Part shown: in pieces, positions 13,270-26,094 of the stretch
How the letters are laid out: each line of letters begins with the position of its first letter
Numbering within the stretch: position 1 is the stretch's first letter
Source of the DNA: Squalus acanthias
Lineage: Eukaryota
Reading direction: 5' to 3'
Length of the DNA: 64,000 bases
Assembly: GCA_030390025.1 (NCBI GenBank)
Contig: CM059442.1
Location: 1,860,001-1,924,000 of the forward strand
The notes under the pieces: generated by a model
What the model was told of the DNA's origin: nothing
Seen by the model: the letters and a program-made list of their open reading frames with translations, nothing else
Databases searched by the model: none
Position numbers and translations under genes: made by a program

Positions 13270-14965
13270 GCCCAGAATGGACAATGAACCCAGAACAACA
13301 CCGTCATTAATTTTTCTTTAGTTAGAACCTCATCTCTCATAATGGTCAGGAACTCAAGTGCTGGCAAGAGACCGTATCCCCCTTCAGCCTCTTAGAGTCA
13401 GCATCAAACACTCAAAAGTCATGCGCACTACAGCAAATTACAAGGGCAAAGTGACTCAACACAAATCTCAGAAGAGCGCCCCCTACTGTGTAGATATTAG
13501 TTTCTGAATTTCGTTAAACGTCCATTTTTGGGCAGCTTTAGTGAGATGCGGTTTGCTCCAGAATCGGTGCTGCATTTAAGCGGCAGCCGATTAAAAAGAA
13601 AACTGGAACATCCAGAAACTGACAGCAGTGTTTTTACACGGAGGTCGGGGAAAATGAATGTACACGGCTATGTTTAATGTGAATCTCATATTGAGCTGGT
13701 TTACTGTTGGTAATAATTGATTGATTTCTACCGTCTTCCTCAAATACTATCTCATCCAACATGGAAATGATGGTGAAAACAAAACTAATGATGTTACGGT
13801 GCAACGTTCTAGCTCTCGTCAGTAGAAGAGAACTGGAATGGCCTCCGATGAAATGCAGCGACACATTTAGAGATGTGTTCGAAACTGAGAATGCTCATTT
13901 GAAACATTTGACTTAAAATGCGGAAGAGAATCGGTGCAGCTCTGTTCCTGAACCGCTTTCCCCTCCACAGCCATGCCAAACCATGTCAGACTGTGACTGG
14001 GAGCTCACAGTTCCCCACAGAAGTGTGTGATTTTGGCGGGTATAATTAAATAAATGCATTAATAACCTTCACTCAAAATCAAAGGCGATTTCATCAAGAA
14101 CCACACATTCCCCCGTTGGTTCAGTAAGTTCACCGAGTGTGATACTTCATTAATAATCACAAAAACTGGGGACTTTGGTAAAAACAGGCTGAGTTTGATA
14201 GTTCTTCTTCCATTTTTGTCAGTATAAGATCTACTAGGACCGCGTCTGACGGGCAAAAGGAACTGTTAATATTCCCTGAAGCAGTGAATCCCTGATACAC
14301 AGTGCGCCAGAATACCTGTCCAACAACAACAGCAACAACTAGCATTTATAGAGCGCAGTAAAATGTCCCAAGGCTCTTCACAGGAGCGATTATCAAACAA
14401 AATTCGACACAGTTTTCGGGAATAAGTTCCGGACCTTAGGTCCTGGGCAACTGGAGACACGGCCGTCAGAGGTGGCGCGCAGAAAATGAGGGACGTTGAA
14501 GAGGAAGGAGGCCACTCGGCCCCTCATATCTCTGAATTGGAATGTTGCAATGTATAACATCATAATCTTTGAATATTAGACTGAATGACAGTTCTAGATT
14601 GGACTATGTACCCTGAAGAACACCGTTAATCATTTGTGTTTAGTTAGAACTTTAGCTCCCATCATGGTCAGGTACTCCAGTGCTGGGAAGTAACCGTTTC
14701 CCGCTCGAAACGAATGCGCAGGTCAGTAAAATACAACAAAGTGACACAACCCAAACGTCAGAAGAGCGCCACCAAACTGTATCGATCCAGCATTTTCTGT
14801 TTTTATTTTGTATCGTCCATTGTTCCTCCATTTCGCTAAACAACCATCCTGTGGTCGATTTGAGTGAGATGCCGTTAGCTCCGGATACGTTGTCGATTTT
14901 ACGTTGCAGTTGATTGAAAAGAAAACTGGAACATGAAATTGACAGCAAATTGTGTTACATGGAAG
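13270..14965. repeat. Diverged direct duplication of a ~370-bp non-coding block (~13270-13645 and ~14600-14965)
   Basis: Shared strings include tttagttagaac, atggtcagg.actc.agtgctgg, tcagaagagcgcc, gtgagatgc and aaaagaaaactggaacat. Confidence 0.85.
13474..13490 (-). promoter_or_regulatory. Candidate CTCF site
   Basis: The minus strand reads CACAGTAGGGGGCGCTC, a close match to the CTCF core consensus. Confidence 0.5.
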
Positions 14966-14999
14966 TCTGGTGTAATCAATATCCAAGAGGCAAGATTTT

Positions 15000-15310
15000 G
15001 ATGATTGCTGTGGTCTCGGAGGGTTGTAGGGCTGGAGGAATTTACATAAATAGGGAGGGGCGGCGTTATGGAGCAAAATGTATATCAGGATGAGAATTGT
15101 GGGGCTGGAGGAGGTTACAGAGATAGGAAGGGGCGGGGCTATGGAGAGATTTGAACAGCAGGATGGGAATTGTGGGGCTGGAGGAGGTTACAGTGATAGG
15201 GAGGGGCGGGCCATATAGGGATTTGAACATGAGAATGAGAATCGTGGGGCTCGAGGAGGTTGCAGAGATAGGGAGGGACGGGACCATGGATTTTTATATC
15301 ACGATGAGAA
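15000..15310 (-). repeat. L2-type LINE fragment locally amplified as ~73-bp tandem repeats
   Basis: Units start at ~15089, 15162 and 15235. The minus-strand translation PPYLCNLLQP matches the L2-like copy at ~21550-21620. Confidence 0.75.
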
Positions 15311-15709
15311 TTGAAATAGTTATTTTTAAAGGTATGGTTTAAAAATAAGTATGGACAGATTAATAGAAAGCATGCTCTTAACAATCGTCTAAAAATATTT
15401 AAATTAAAGTTGTTGTTTATTCTGTGTATTCTTTGGTAGTGAAATGAATTGATATTTGTGTTTGTGTCCTCTGTCTATTTTTAGGTTCCTTAGGTTGTTA
15501 ATACGTGTTGTTATTGTTATTATGTGTAGTAACGACATGAAGGTCTCTTTATGCAATAAATGCCACGACAAATTTTATTGGTAACTGTTGTTAACATCAT
15601 TCATTTTGTGCCATTTAGCTCTTTCATTTATGCTCCTCTGAAAGATTAACTTTTACGATGAAGTCCAGTCATATCATTAAAACGCATCGGACGGGATATT
15701 CCGCTTATA

Positions 15710-16410
15710 GAATCTTGGAAATTTACGGCACATAAGGGGGCCATTCGGCCAATCGTGTTTGTGCCGGCCGAGAAAGCGCCAGCCAGCGTAATCACACTTT
15801 CCAACACATAGTTCTTAGCCCTCTAGGTTACAGCACTTCAAATGCATATCCAAGTACTTTTTAAACGTGATGAGGGTTTCTGCCTCTACCACCATTTCAG
15901 GCAGTGAGTTTCAGATCCCTACCAACCTCTGAGTGAAGCAAGTTCTCCTCAAATCCCCTCTAATCTTTCTACCAATTACTTTAAATCTATGCCCCCTGAT
16001 TATTGAACTCTCTGCTATGGGAAATATGTGCTTCCCATCCACTCTGTCAAGGCTCCTCATTATTTTGTACACCTCAATTAAGTCTCCCCGCAGCCTTATC
16101 TGTTCCAAATCAAAGAACCCAGCCTATCGAAAATAACAAGATAAAATGCTGGAAATGCTCAGCAGGTTAGGCCGCAACTAGGTGAGAGAAACAAAGTTAA
16201 CGTTTCAGGTTGATGACACTAACAAATCTTTCCTCATAGCTAAAATTCTCCAATCCTGATAACATCCCCGTAAATCTCTTCTGTACCCTTTCTCGTGAAA
16301 TCACATCTTTCCTGTAATGTGGTGACCAGAACTGTACGCAGAGCTCTAGCTGTTGTCTAATTGGAGTTTTATGCAGTTCAAGCATGTGGTGACCAGAAGT
16401 GTACGCAGTA
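15710..16410 (-). mobile_element. CR1 3' fragment with a small nested Penelope-type terminal fragment (~16130-16220)
   Basis: RGDLIEVYKIM and CVQFWSPHYRKDV fragments. The insert gctggaaatgctcagcagg...gttaacgtttcaggttgatgac resembles 22660-22745. Confidence 0.8.
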
Positions 16411-16729
16411 CTCTTGCAGTAATTCCGGCGAAGTAACGCCAGCGAAACGGGAGCAGGCTGTCTGGACCGCAATGTCCGGTGGCTTCTTGCTCCCCCTTAA
16501 TCAGCTCGTCGCCCCCATCGCCCCCAGTTTGGGAATCTCTATTCTATTGCATGGAAAGGAACAATTGCACAAAACCGAGTGACGTAATCTGTTTGTTCAA
16601 AGGACTTAAACTAACTTGAGGATAATTGCCTCACTGGAGACTCGCGACAGGTATAACCGAGGAATCCATTGAATGTGACACAGAGATAAAGTCTACAGCT
16701 TGTAGGACTCACATCGCTTCTCATAGAAA

Positions 16730-16799
16730 ATTCACGGACCAGCCACTGGTCCGGTGTATGCCATTTACAATCCCTTCCTCGCAGCTATTGGCACTCCAC
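16730..16799 (+). CDS. Exon 1 of GPR139/142-like GPCR (N-terminus and first half of TM1); ATT at the expected start position
   Basis: Reads (I)HGPATGPVYAIYNPFLAAIGTP plus c|gtaagt (phase 1) and joins in frame to exon 2. An in-frame TAG lies two codons upstream (16724-16726), and there is no ATG. Confidence 0.8.
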
Positions 16800-17192
16800 G
16801 TAAGTTGCTACGGTATTGATTGTGCAAACGGCTTCTCAAAGCAGTTACTTAATTTGTTGTTTTTTATTCAGAGCTCAGTCTCTTCCTTTAAGGATCGGAC
16901 CGACCTTTTGAAATCTTCTGCTGCACTTGAAATTGAGCGATTTCAACTCTGATCCCACCTTGTGATCAGAAATTATTTAAAGCACAGCGATCGCTGTTGT
17001 TGATTCTCGCAGATGTACACCGAAATGTTTCCTTAGACTCTGCACTGTGCACCATTTTAGAGGAATTGGTCACATTTATTGAAACGTTTAACATTTGCCT
17101 TAAATAGCCGACAAAACCTCTAATGAATGTTTAGCTCCACTAATGCCACCGGCATTTAAGTTTAACTGATGTCGGGCGGTGCATTACAGTGT

Positions 17193-17397
17193 CAGCGTGG
17201 CTCAGTGGGCAGCGCTCTCGCTTCTGAGTCAGAAGGTTGTGGGTCCAGCGACCCACTCCAGAGACATAAGCACAAAAATTCGAGGCTGATGCTCCAGTGC
17301 AGTAGCGAGGGAGCGCAACACTGTCGGCCGGTGCCGTCTTTCGGATGAGGCGTTAAACCGAGGCCCCGTCTGCTCTCTCAGGTGGAGGTGAAAGAGG
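17193..17397 (+). mobile_element. tRNA-headed SINE with Deu-type central domain (partial)
   Basis: Box A tggctcagtggg, then ggtgccgtctttcggatgag...taaaccgaggccccgtctgc. Confidence 0.75.
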
Positions 17398-17399
17398 AA

Positions 17400-17900
17400 G
17401 GAGGTCAAGGTGTTGGAGCGGTTACAGAGGAGGTTTAACAGGAAGTTGCACGGGATGAGGGCTTTTAATTATGTGGAGAGTGCTGGGAAACTGGGATTGT
17501 TCTCCGTCGAACAGAGAAGAATAAGAGGTAACCGAAAAGAGGCATTCAAAACGCTGAGGGATTTTGATGCAGCAGGTAGTGATAAATGTAGGACACTGGC
17601 AAAGGGGTCGGTAATAAGATTTCATAGATTTACAGAAATTGCCAAAATAATTAGAGGGGAGATAAGGATTTTTTTTACACAGTGAATGGATAAAATCTGG
17701 AACGCACGACCGAAAGCGTTTTGGAAGCAGATTCCATGGGAAATCTCAAACTGCTTTTGTACATATTCTGGAAGACTAATTTGCAGTGTTATGGAGAGGA
17801 AGCTGGGGTGTGCGACTAACTTGGACAGTTCTTTGAAAGAGCCGGCACAGGCACGACATGCCTAATGACCACCTTCTGTGCTGTAATATTCTGTGATTTT
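17400..17900 (+). mobile_element. Degenerate CR1 3' fragment
   Basis: LERLQRRFNRK...LGLFSVEQRRIRG. Confidence 0.8.
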
Positions 17901-18171
17901 GTGCTATTGTAGTGTATTGTAATGCATTAATTACATTACGGTGTATTTTATGGTGCTAGACTCTTTTATAATTATATACTTGTACTATAATGCTTCATAT
18001 GGTATTGTACTTCTAATACCTCTGTAAATGTATTATGCTGTAACACATGGTGTTAAACTGTGATAGAGTACATTAATACATTACAGTGCATTATTGATAT
18101 TATAATATATTATAATTGAATGAATTGTATTAAGGTGCGCTATGCAGCATTATACTGTATTATATGGAGAG

Positions 18172-18625
18172 GGTCAGTAGTGGCTCAGTTGGTAGTACTC
18201 TCACCTCTGAATCAGAAATTAATGTGTTCAAAGTCCCACCACAGAGACTGAGCACAGAAATCTAGGCGGACATTCCAGTACAGTACTAAGGGAATGAAGT
18301 ACTGAGGGAGCGCTGCAATGTCAGAGGTGCCGTTTTTCGGATGAGATTTTAATCCGAAGACCCGTCTGCTCTCTCAGTTGTGCGTAAAAGATCCCATGTC
18401 ACTATTCCAAAGAGGAGTGGGGAAGCTATTGCTGCTGTCCTGGGCCAAATCTTTATACGTCAATCAACATTATGTGGTCCTAACCACATTGCTGTTTGAG
18501 GGAGCTTGCTGTGCAGAAATTGGCTGGCGAGTTTCCTACGTTAAAAATGCGCTTCATTGGCAGTAAAGAAATTTGGGACGTCTGGAGGCCGAGAAAGGCG
18601 CTTTATCAATGCACGTTTTTTCTTT
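18172..18625 (+). mobile_element. Near-complete tRNA-headed Deu-type SINE
   Basis: Box A (tggctcagttgg) and a box-B-like gttcaaagtcc, the same core as 17193, and an L2-like tail (gaaaggcgctttatcaatgca). Minus-strand partial copies lie at ~29890-30185, ~51975-52085 and ~54200-54310. Confidence 0.75.
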
Positions 18626-18784
18626 CAATATAGAGCATCAATTGTGTTACGGTGCTTTACATGGTATTGGACTGTAGTATCTGTTACCTCACTGTGTTAT
18701 ACTGATTTAGCTGCGTTATAGCGCAGTAGATGGTGTTATGCTGTATTATACTGAATCAATTGTATTTCAGTGCACCAAAAGAAA

Positions 18785-19145
18785 ATAAGAACATTAGAAT
18801 TCGAAGGAGGAGAAGGCCATACGGGCCCCCGAGCCTGCTCCGCCATTCAATAAGGTGAGGGCTGGTCTTCGTCATCAACTCCAGTTTCCGTCCGACCCCA
18901 TACCCCGTGATTCCCTTAGTGCCCAACAATCTATCGACCTCCGCCTTGAATATACTCAACGAATGAACATCCACAGAACTTTGCGGTAGAGGATTGCAAA
19001 CATTCACTACCCTCTGAGCGAAGAGATTCCTTATCATCTAATTCTTATATGGCCGATCCCTTATCCTGAGTCAGTGTCCCCTAGTTCTAGAAACCCCAGC
19101 ACGGGGAAACAGCCTCTCAGCATCTCCCCTCTCAATCCCCCTCAG
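18785..19145 (-). mobile_element. CR1 3' end fragment
   Basis: RNLFAQRVVNVCNPLPQ translation and a taagaacat tail. Confidence 0.8.
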
Positions 19146-19688
19146 ATACGGTGGTATACTCTATTATACTGAGTTAGATTTATTACAGTGCACTATTTGG
19201 TGTGGTGATGCTGCGTCATCCATTTACCAAGACCACACAATGAAACAAATGGTTTAATTTCGGCTCCTAAGTGAGATTGACTGATTTTGAGCCGATGCAG
19301 TCCGTATAGTGAAGATGCTCTCACAATGCTATTGGGTAGGGATTTCCAGGATTTGAACCCAGCGATAATATTCTGTGCAAGTCAGGATGGTACTTGACTT
19401 GGAGGTGAACTCCCGCACCTGCTGCCCTTGGTCTTCCTGCTGGTGGAAGTCGCAGCTTTGAGAGGAGCTGCCGAAGAGGTCTTGGCGGTTTGCTGCCGTG
19501 CATCCGGTAGATAGTACACACTGCAGCCACCGTACTCCGCTGGTGGAGGGAGTGGATGCTCAGGTTTAACGTGGAAGAGCTGGATCAAATATCAAAGTTG
19601 CAATTTTCATAGAACGTGCGGTGAAAATCGAGCCTGTGTTGTGAGTCTCAGCCCTCATTTCCTTGTCTTTTCCCGCTCTTGTTAACAG

Positions 19689-20605
19689 TGAATTTGGTGG
19701 CAGTTGTGATCCTGTCGCGGGGAAGGTGCGGACTCTCCAGATGCATCACTCACTACCTGGTGGGCATGGCAGCGACGGATATGCTGGTCATCCTCACTGT
19801 GGTGATACTGAACCGGATCGGTGGGATTTATTACCGGGACAGTTGGCTCTCCACCACTCCCGCCTGTAGTCTCAGTACGGTTCTGGTTTACACAACCAGA
19901 GACAGTTCGGTCTGGTTAACGGTCGATTTCACTTTCGATCGATTCGTAGCCATTTGTTGGCAGGAGCTGAAAACGAGATATTGCACCGAGAAAACGGCGG
20001 CTGAGGTTATAGCGGCTGTTTTTACGCTGAACTGTTTGAAAAACATTCCCTTTTACTTTACATACCAGCCGTTGTATATCGTCAACAGAGTGCCCTGGTT
20101 CTGTGACATCAAATTAAGCTACTACACTTCCCCTGCATGGAAAGCCTACGACTGGCTCGAACGTATATTAACACCGTGTTTCCCTTTCGATCTGATTCTG
20201 CTTCTCAATGTTCTGACCGTCAGGCACATTGTAGCGGCCAGTCGAGTCCGCAGGGGACTCCGGGGTAACAGGGACGGTGAGAATTACAGGGACCCAGAGA
20301 TGGAGAACCGGAGAAAATCTATCATTTTACTGTTCGCGATTACCCTCAGTTTCCTGCTGTTGTGGATAACGTACGTCGTTCACTTCCTGTACGTCAGAAT
20401 TATAGACGATTCTTATTTCACTGGTTTGAATTTCAATGACCAACGCTTTATTCTCCAAGAAAGTACAAACATGCTCCAGCTCCTCAGCTCCTGCACCAAC
20501 ACCTTTATTTATGCAGTGACCCAGACTAAATTCAGAAAAGAGTTGAAGAATGCGGGGACATTTCCCCTCACTTTGGTTGAGAATTGCTTTAAGCATTGCA
20601 AGTGA
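19689..20605 (+). CDS. Exon 2 of class A GPCR, GPR139/GPR142-like (~328 aa with exon 1), possibly an incipient pseudogene
   Basis: Acceptor ttttcccgctcttgttaacag. Open frame with TM segments, MAATD (TM2), FTFDRFVAIC (DRY-like), KSIILLFAI (TM6) and NTFIYAVTQTKFR (NPxxY-like plus helix 8). AATAAA at 20758. Confidence 0.92.
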
Positions 20606-21049
20606 AAGCTTCCGGCGTTAATTATGGGTCACGTTTCGCCCTGTGTTGTTCCTATATTTGGTTTTTGAACTAGGTTTCTTCGACTTTCCCCTGTCCTAAT
20701 TAGAATCGCAAGCACGCCCTCTGAGACTCTTCCCCAACAAGGTAAACCCACACTTGAAATAAACCACTTGCATTTAAAGCACGCTGTTCATGTCCTTGTG
20801 TAAGCGGTAGATTCCGACACTAAATAGACGTTTCTACCTTTACTGTATTTGACACACACAGTAACTGTATTCAGTAGACAGACAGAGAAATAAACGATGT
20901 TATTGCGATTTCCCCGCGTTGAAATGTAATCTTTTTGGATTCCTACAATCCCTGCAACTTGTTAGGTAAAGTTTACAGTCATTATATTATGATTTCATAC
21001 CCAGCTCTACCTCTCCTCCACATCTTTCGAACCGTCTACCAACTCTCTG

Positions 21050-21943
21050 CTATCAGACTGCTTGTCCGACATCCAGTACTGGATGAGTTGAAGTTTCCTC
21101 CAATTAAATATCCGGAAGCCCGAATCCATTGTCCTCGGTTTACTCCACGAACTTCATCCATTTCCACTGATTCGATCACTTTCCCGGCAACTTTCTAAAG
21201 CTGCCAATGTCTGTTCTGAAACATGGTGTTATATTTGATCACGAATTGAGATTCCAACCACATATCCATGCTATCACTAACACTGCCCATTTCCACCTTC
21301 GTAATATTGCCAGTCTCCACCCGTACATCAACTTATTTGCTGCTGGAATTCTCATCCATGCATTTATCACCTCTGGGCTTGACTATTCCAATGCACTCCT
21401 GGTCGTCCTCCCTAGCTCTATCCTTGATAAACTTGAGTTAATCTAAATCTTCCACCCGCAATCTAACTCGCAACAATCCTGCTCACGCATCTCACCCGTC
21501 TTGCTGACCTACATTTGCTCCAGTTAAGCAACACCTCGATTCTAAAATTTGCATCCTTTTTCATATCCCTCCATGGAATTGTTCCTCCTTATCTGTGTAA
21601 TCTCCTCCAGCCCAAAAATCGCCCGAGGACTCTGCACCTCACCTATTCCAGACTTTTGAACAACCACGATTTTAAATGCTCCACAATTCCGGTCTTGCCT
21701 TCAGCTGCCTAGGCGCTAAGCTCTGGAATTCCCTCCCTAAATCTCGCCGCCTCGCTACTTCTCTGTCGTCCTTTAAGGCTCTCCTTAAAGGCCTACATCT
21801 TTCAACAAGCGTTATTTCATCTGCCCCAACATCTCCGTATTTGGCTCGGTGTCAATTTTAATTGGTAACACTCCTATGAAGCGCCTTGCGACGCTTTATT
21901 ACTTTAAAGCGCTACATAAATATAAGTTGATAAGTTGTTGTTG
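21050..21943 (+). mobile_element. L2-type LINE 3' fragment
   Basis: GVIFDHEL...HFHLRNIA...LIHAFITSGLDYSNALL. Tail gcgctacataaatataag...ttgttgttg. Confidence 0.85.
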
Positions 21944-22649
21944 CTTCTTACCCACATGAATATTGCTGATTCATTATAGCATGACACGTTTTACTGTGAA
22001 CAACAGCACCAGAAATAATATATTTCCTTCAAAACTACAGATTCTAACTGGTGTTGCACTCTGTCCTATTGTCTCTCTTCCTCTCTCAAGACAGAGCTCG
22101 TTTCACAATGTGGCCACAAAAAGAAGTACACAGAAACGAATCGCGCATCTTCACATTCAGTAAAACCTAAACAACAGTGTCTGCTAAATTGAATCCTGAC
22201 ACATTAAACCCTAAAACATCCTGGGATTTAAAACTTTTAACCATTTAGTTATTTCGAGCTACAGGACAATCTTAGTTTAGTAATTCACGGGCTGTGGGCG
22301 TGGCTGACAAGGCCAGCATTTATTGGCCATCCATAATAGCCCTTGAGAAGGTGGTGGTGAACGGCCTGATACAACTGACTGAAGACAGTTAATAGTCAAT
22401 CACATTGCTGTCGGTCTGGAATCAAATAAAGGCTAGACCAGGTAAGGAAGTCAGATTTGCTTCCCGAAACGATGTTAGTGAACCAGTTGGGCTTTTACGT
22501 CAATCCGATAGTTTCATGGTCACCATTACTGATGTTACCTTGTTTTTCCAGATTTATTAAATGAATTTCAATTCCCCAGTTGCCGTGGTTCGATTTGAAC
22601 ACTTGTCTATGGATCATTAGTCAGAACGCTGAATTACTTTTGTAATATA

Positions 22650-24870
22650 AACAAAAAATGATGCAAATACTCAGCTGGTCAGGCAGCATCTGTGGAGAGA
22701 GAAACAGTGTTAAACTTTCAGGTCGATGATACTTCGTCAGAACTGGAAAAATTGAGAGACGTAACAGGTGTAAAACAAGTGCACAGGCAGGGGGAGGGGG
22801 AGTCATAGAGTCATAGAGTGATACTGCACAGAAAGAGGCCCTTCGGCCCACCGTGTCCGCGCCGGCCATCAAGCCCTGGCTATTTTAATCTCATTTTCCA
22901 GCACTTGATCCGTAGCCTTGTATGCTGTGGCGTTTCAAGTGCTAAATTAAATGCTTCTTCAATGTTGTGACTGTTCCTGCCTCTACCACCCTTTCAGGCA
23001 GTGAGTTCCAGATTCCAACCACCTTCTGGGTGAAAAGGTTTTTCCTCAAATTCCCTGTAAACCTCCTGCCCCTTACCTTGAATCTACGCCCCCTGTTTAT
23101 TGACCCATCTACTAAGGGGAAACGTTCCTTTATATCTACGCTATCTATGCCTCTCATAAATTTGTACACCTCAATCAGCCCGCCCCCCCCCCCACCCTCA
23201 GCCTTCTCTGTTCTAAGGAAAACAACCCCAGCCTGTCCAATCTCTCTTCATAGCTGAAGCGCTGCAGCCCAGGTAACATCCTGGTGAATCTCCTCTGCAC
23301 CCTCTCCAATGAAATCACATCCTTCCTATAGTGTGGCGACCAAAACTGCACATAGTATTCCAGCTGTGGCCTAACTAGCGTTTTGTACAGCTCCATCATA
23401 ACCACCCTGCTGTTATGTTCTATGCCTCTGCTAATGACGGCATGTATCCCATATGCCTTTTTAAATAGCTTATCTACCTGGCCTGCTGCCTTCAGGGATC
23501 TATGTACATGCACACCAATGTCCCTCTGATCCTCTGTCCTTCCTAGGATCTTATCATTCATTATGTAGTACCTTGCCTTGTTAGTCCTCCCAAAATACAT
23601 CACCTCACACTTTACAGGGTTAAATTCCATTTGCCACTATTCTGCCCATCTGACCAACCCGTCTATATCGTCCTGTAGCCTGAAGCTTCCCTCCTCGCTA
23701 TTTACCACACCACCAATTTTCGCGTCATCTGCAAACTTACTGCTCATACATCCTACATTCATATCTAAATCATTAATGTTCACTACAAACAACAAAGGAC
23801 CCGGCACCGATCCCTGCAGTACACCACCTGACACAGGCTTCGAGTCACAAAAACAACCTTCGACCATCACCCTCTGCCTCCTGCCACGAAGACAATTTTG
23901 GATCCAATGTGCCAAGTTGCCCTGGATCGCATCGGCTTTTACCTTCTTGACCAGTCTCCCATTCGGTACTTTGGCAAAAGCCTTACTGAAGTCCATGTAG
24001 ACCACATAAACCACCCTCATTCACACACCTAGTTACCCCCTTAAAAAATTAAATCAAATTGGTCAGACATGATCTCCCCCTGACAAAGCCATGCTGACTA
24101 TCCTTGATCAATCCTTGCCTCTCCAAGTGGAGACTAATTCTGTCCCTCAGAACTTTTTCCAATAATTTCCCTATCACTGATGTTAGGTTCACTGGCCTGT
24201 AATTCCCTGTTTTATCCCTACTAACCTTCTTGAATAATAGTACTACGTTAGCTGTTCTCCAGTAATCTGGCACCTCCCCTGTGGCCAGAAAGTTTCTGAA
24301 AATTTGTGTCAGAGCCCGTGCAATCTCCTCCCTTGCCTCACACAGCAGCCTGGTATTTTACTCGTCTTGGCCTCCGAATTTATCCACTTTTAAGCCTGCT
24401 AAAACCGATAGTACATCCTCCCTCTCAATATTAATTTGTTCAAGTATATCACAATCCCCCTGCCTGGGGAGGGGAGGAAGGAACAAAAGGGAAGATATAT
24501 GATCGGGTAGAAGTCAGGAGTTATTAAATAACAAAATGGTATGAATGTACAAAGTAAAAGGAGATGTTAATTGGACAAGTAAATAAGCAAAATATGTGTC
24601 TAGAAGAGGTGTAAATGATAATGGCAGAACATCAACAGCGGCAAACTGAAAGAAATAGATGCAGAGTTTATGGACTGAAATCGTTGAAATCGATGACGTG
24701 TTCATATGGCAGTAATTTGAATAAGCGAAAGATGATGTGCTGTTCCTCGAGCTTACGTTGAGCTTCGCTGGAACAATGTCAGAGGCCGAGGACAGAGAGG
24801 TCAGAGTGGGAGTGGATAAAAGAAGTAAATTGAACGATGAAAAAGAAGCTCGGGGGCAGGCTGTGGACTA
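22650..24870 (-). mobile_element. Penelope-like 3'/terminal-repeat fragment (~22650-22800 plus ~24466-24870) split by a CR1 insertion
   Basis: Degenerate hammerhead at 22709-22743. Sequence resembles the reverse complement of 45345-45665. ggggagggg occurs on both sides of the CR1. Confidence 0.65.
22801..24465 (-). mobile_element. CR1 LINE, 5'-truncated, same subfamily as 4385-6800
   Basis: RT ORF fragments at 23175-24273 (YMDFSKAF, KFADDAK) and an agtcatagagtcatagag tail. Confidence 0.95.
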
Positions 24871-25333
24871 CTAGTCCAGTAACTAACCCACAATGCTGCT
24901 GGTTTAAAGAAAAAAATCCAAAAGCTAACTAAAGTAAAACTAAACCAACAACTTTAAACTTTTGACATTAAAACAAATTCTAATGCTAATATATGTGTAT
25001 ACACAGCTAGGGTATCTTGCCCTTGGGAGTTCCTGAAGCTCTTCACAGGCAGTGGAGAAGTTTTCAAATGTCGTCATTACTGCAACGTCGGAAAAACGCG
25101 GCAGCGAATTCGTGCAGAATGTGAAAGCCAAGGCTGCATTTGCCAAGGCTGTTTGCAGCATTTGCAGCTTATGTTGGTGCAAATAAAAGTGATTTGAAAG
25201 TTTTGTTGCAGGTTTTTGCGCTTATTGCAAGCAGTATGTTCATGTATGTAAAGTGTAAAGTGTGATAAAAATAAGTGCGATGTTATTCTGGGTAGCAAGT
25301 GATGAAATTTTTTGTTGCAAATAAGAATGCAAA

Positions 25334-25398
25334 TAGCAGAAGATGGCTTCGATCCATCGAGCTCTGGGTCTAACACGCTTCCGCTGTGCCACTCTGCT
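25334..25398 (-). pseudogene. Initiator tRNA-Met pseudogene lacking the anticodon
   Basis: The minus strand AGCAGAGTGGCACAGCGGAAGCGTGTTAGACCCAGAGCTCGATGGATCGAAGCCATCTTCTGCTA aligns to the conserved vertebrate tRNA-iMet (72 nt) with a 7-nt deletion removing CAT. Confidence 0.9.
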
Positions 25399-26094
25399 GC
25401 GGGGGTCTATCGATCACTAGCTGTCTGTCAGGGCTGTGAGTTAGCGACACATATTAAAGCCTCCAGGCTAAATTGAAAGGGATCGCATTCCCATCAAGTC
25501 GCCCAGAATTCCGGACACAGCAACACATGTGTTGGGAGGCTCACCCTGGCTACACAATGTCACTAGGACACTCAGTATTACACCACCCACAATGGGACAG
25601 ACACAGAATGACATAGCGAAAACCAGCAAAGGACTTTCAGGACACACAAAGGGAGGGTCAGAGAAAGACAATGAGGAAACCCGAGAGAGACAGACAAACA
25701 GACTTCTTAAACTTTCGATGCTGACATTTACGTTCACTCACACGTGTCCAACCGCGCTGTGTCTCAGCTACTCAGAGATTCCAACACTTTTACAATTTTG
25801 TTTCTTCCATTTCTTGCAATCTATCGACCGCGCCACGCTTGCTGCCACTCTCAAACCCAGCATCGAAACGCCGCTTCCCCGTTTGCCCTCAGAAACTTGC
25901 CGGTTGAACAGCACCTCCCATCTGCTCTTGCCGTCCAATCCGATCAATATAACAAGAATATATTCTCAGCCTGACACAGAGGGAGGAATAGACTGAATTT
26001 TAGGCGGCGTTACATTTCCCAGAGAGCAGTGAGCCTCTGGAATGCGTTGCCGGCCAGTGTTGTGGGTGCTGACTCTCTGATCGCCTTCAAGAAG

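Noticed and set aside
17880-19200. AT-rich tgtattata-like stretches in the GPCR intron
   Set aside because: Degenerate low-complexity sequence with no definable unit or structure.
19679-19688. ORF-track start of the GPCR (TTG)
   Set aside because: It lies in the intron's acceptor region. The real N-terminus is exon 16730-16799.
25529-25996. 155-aa ORF between tRNA pseudogenes
   Set aside because: It has no recognisable domain, a non-ATG start, and overlaps a duplicated non-coding flank.
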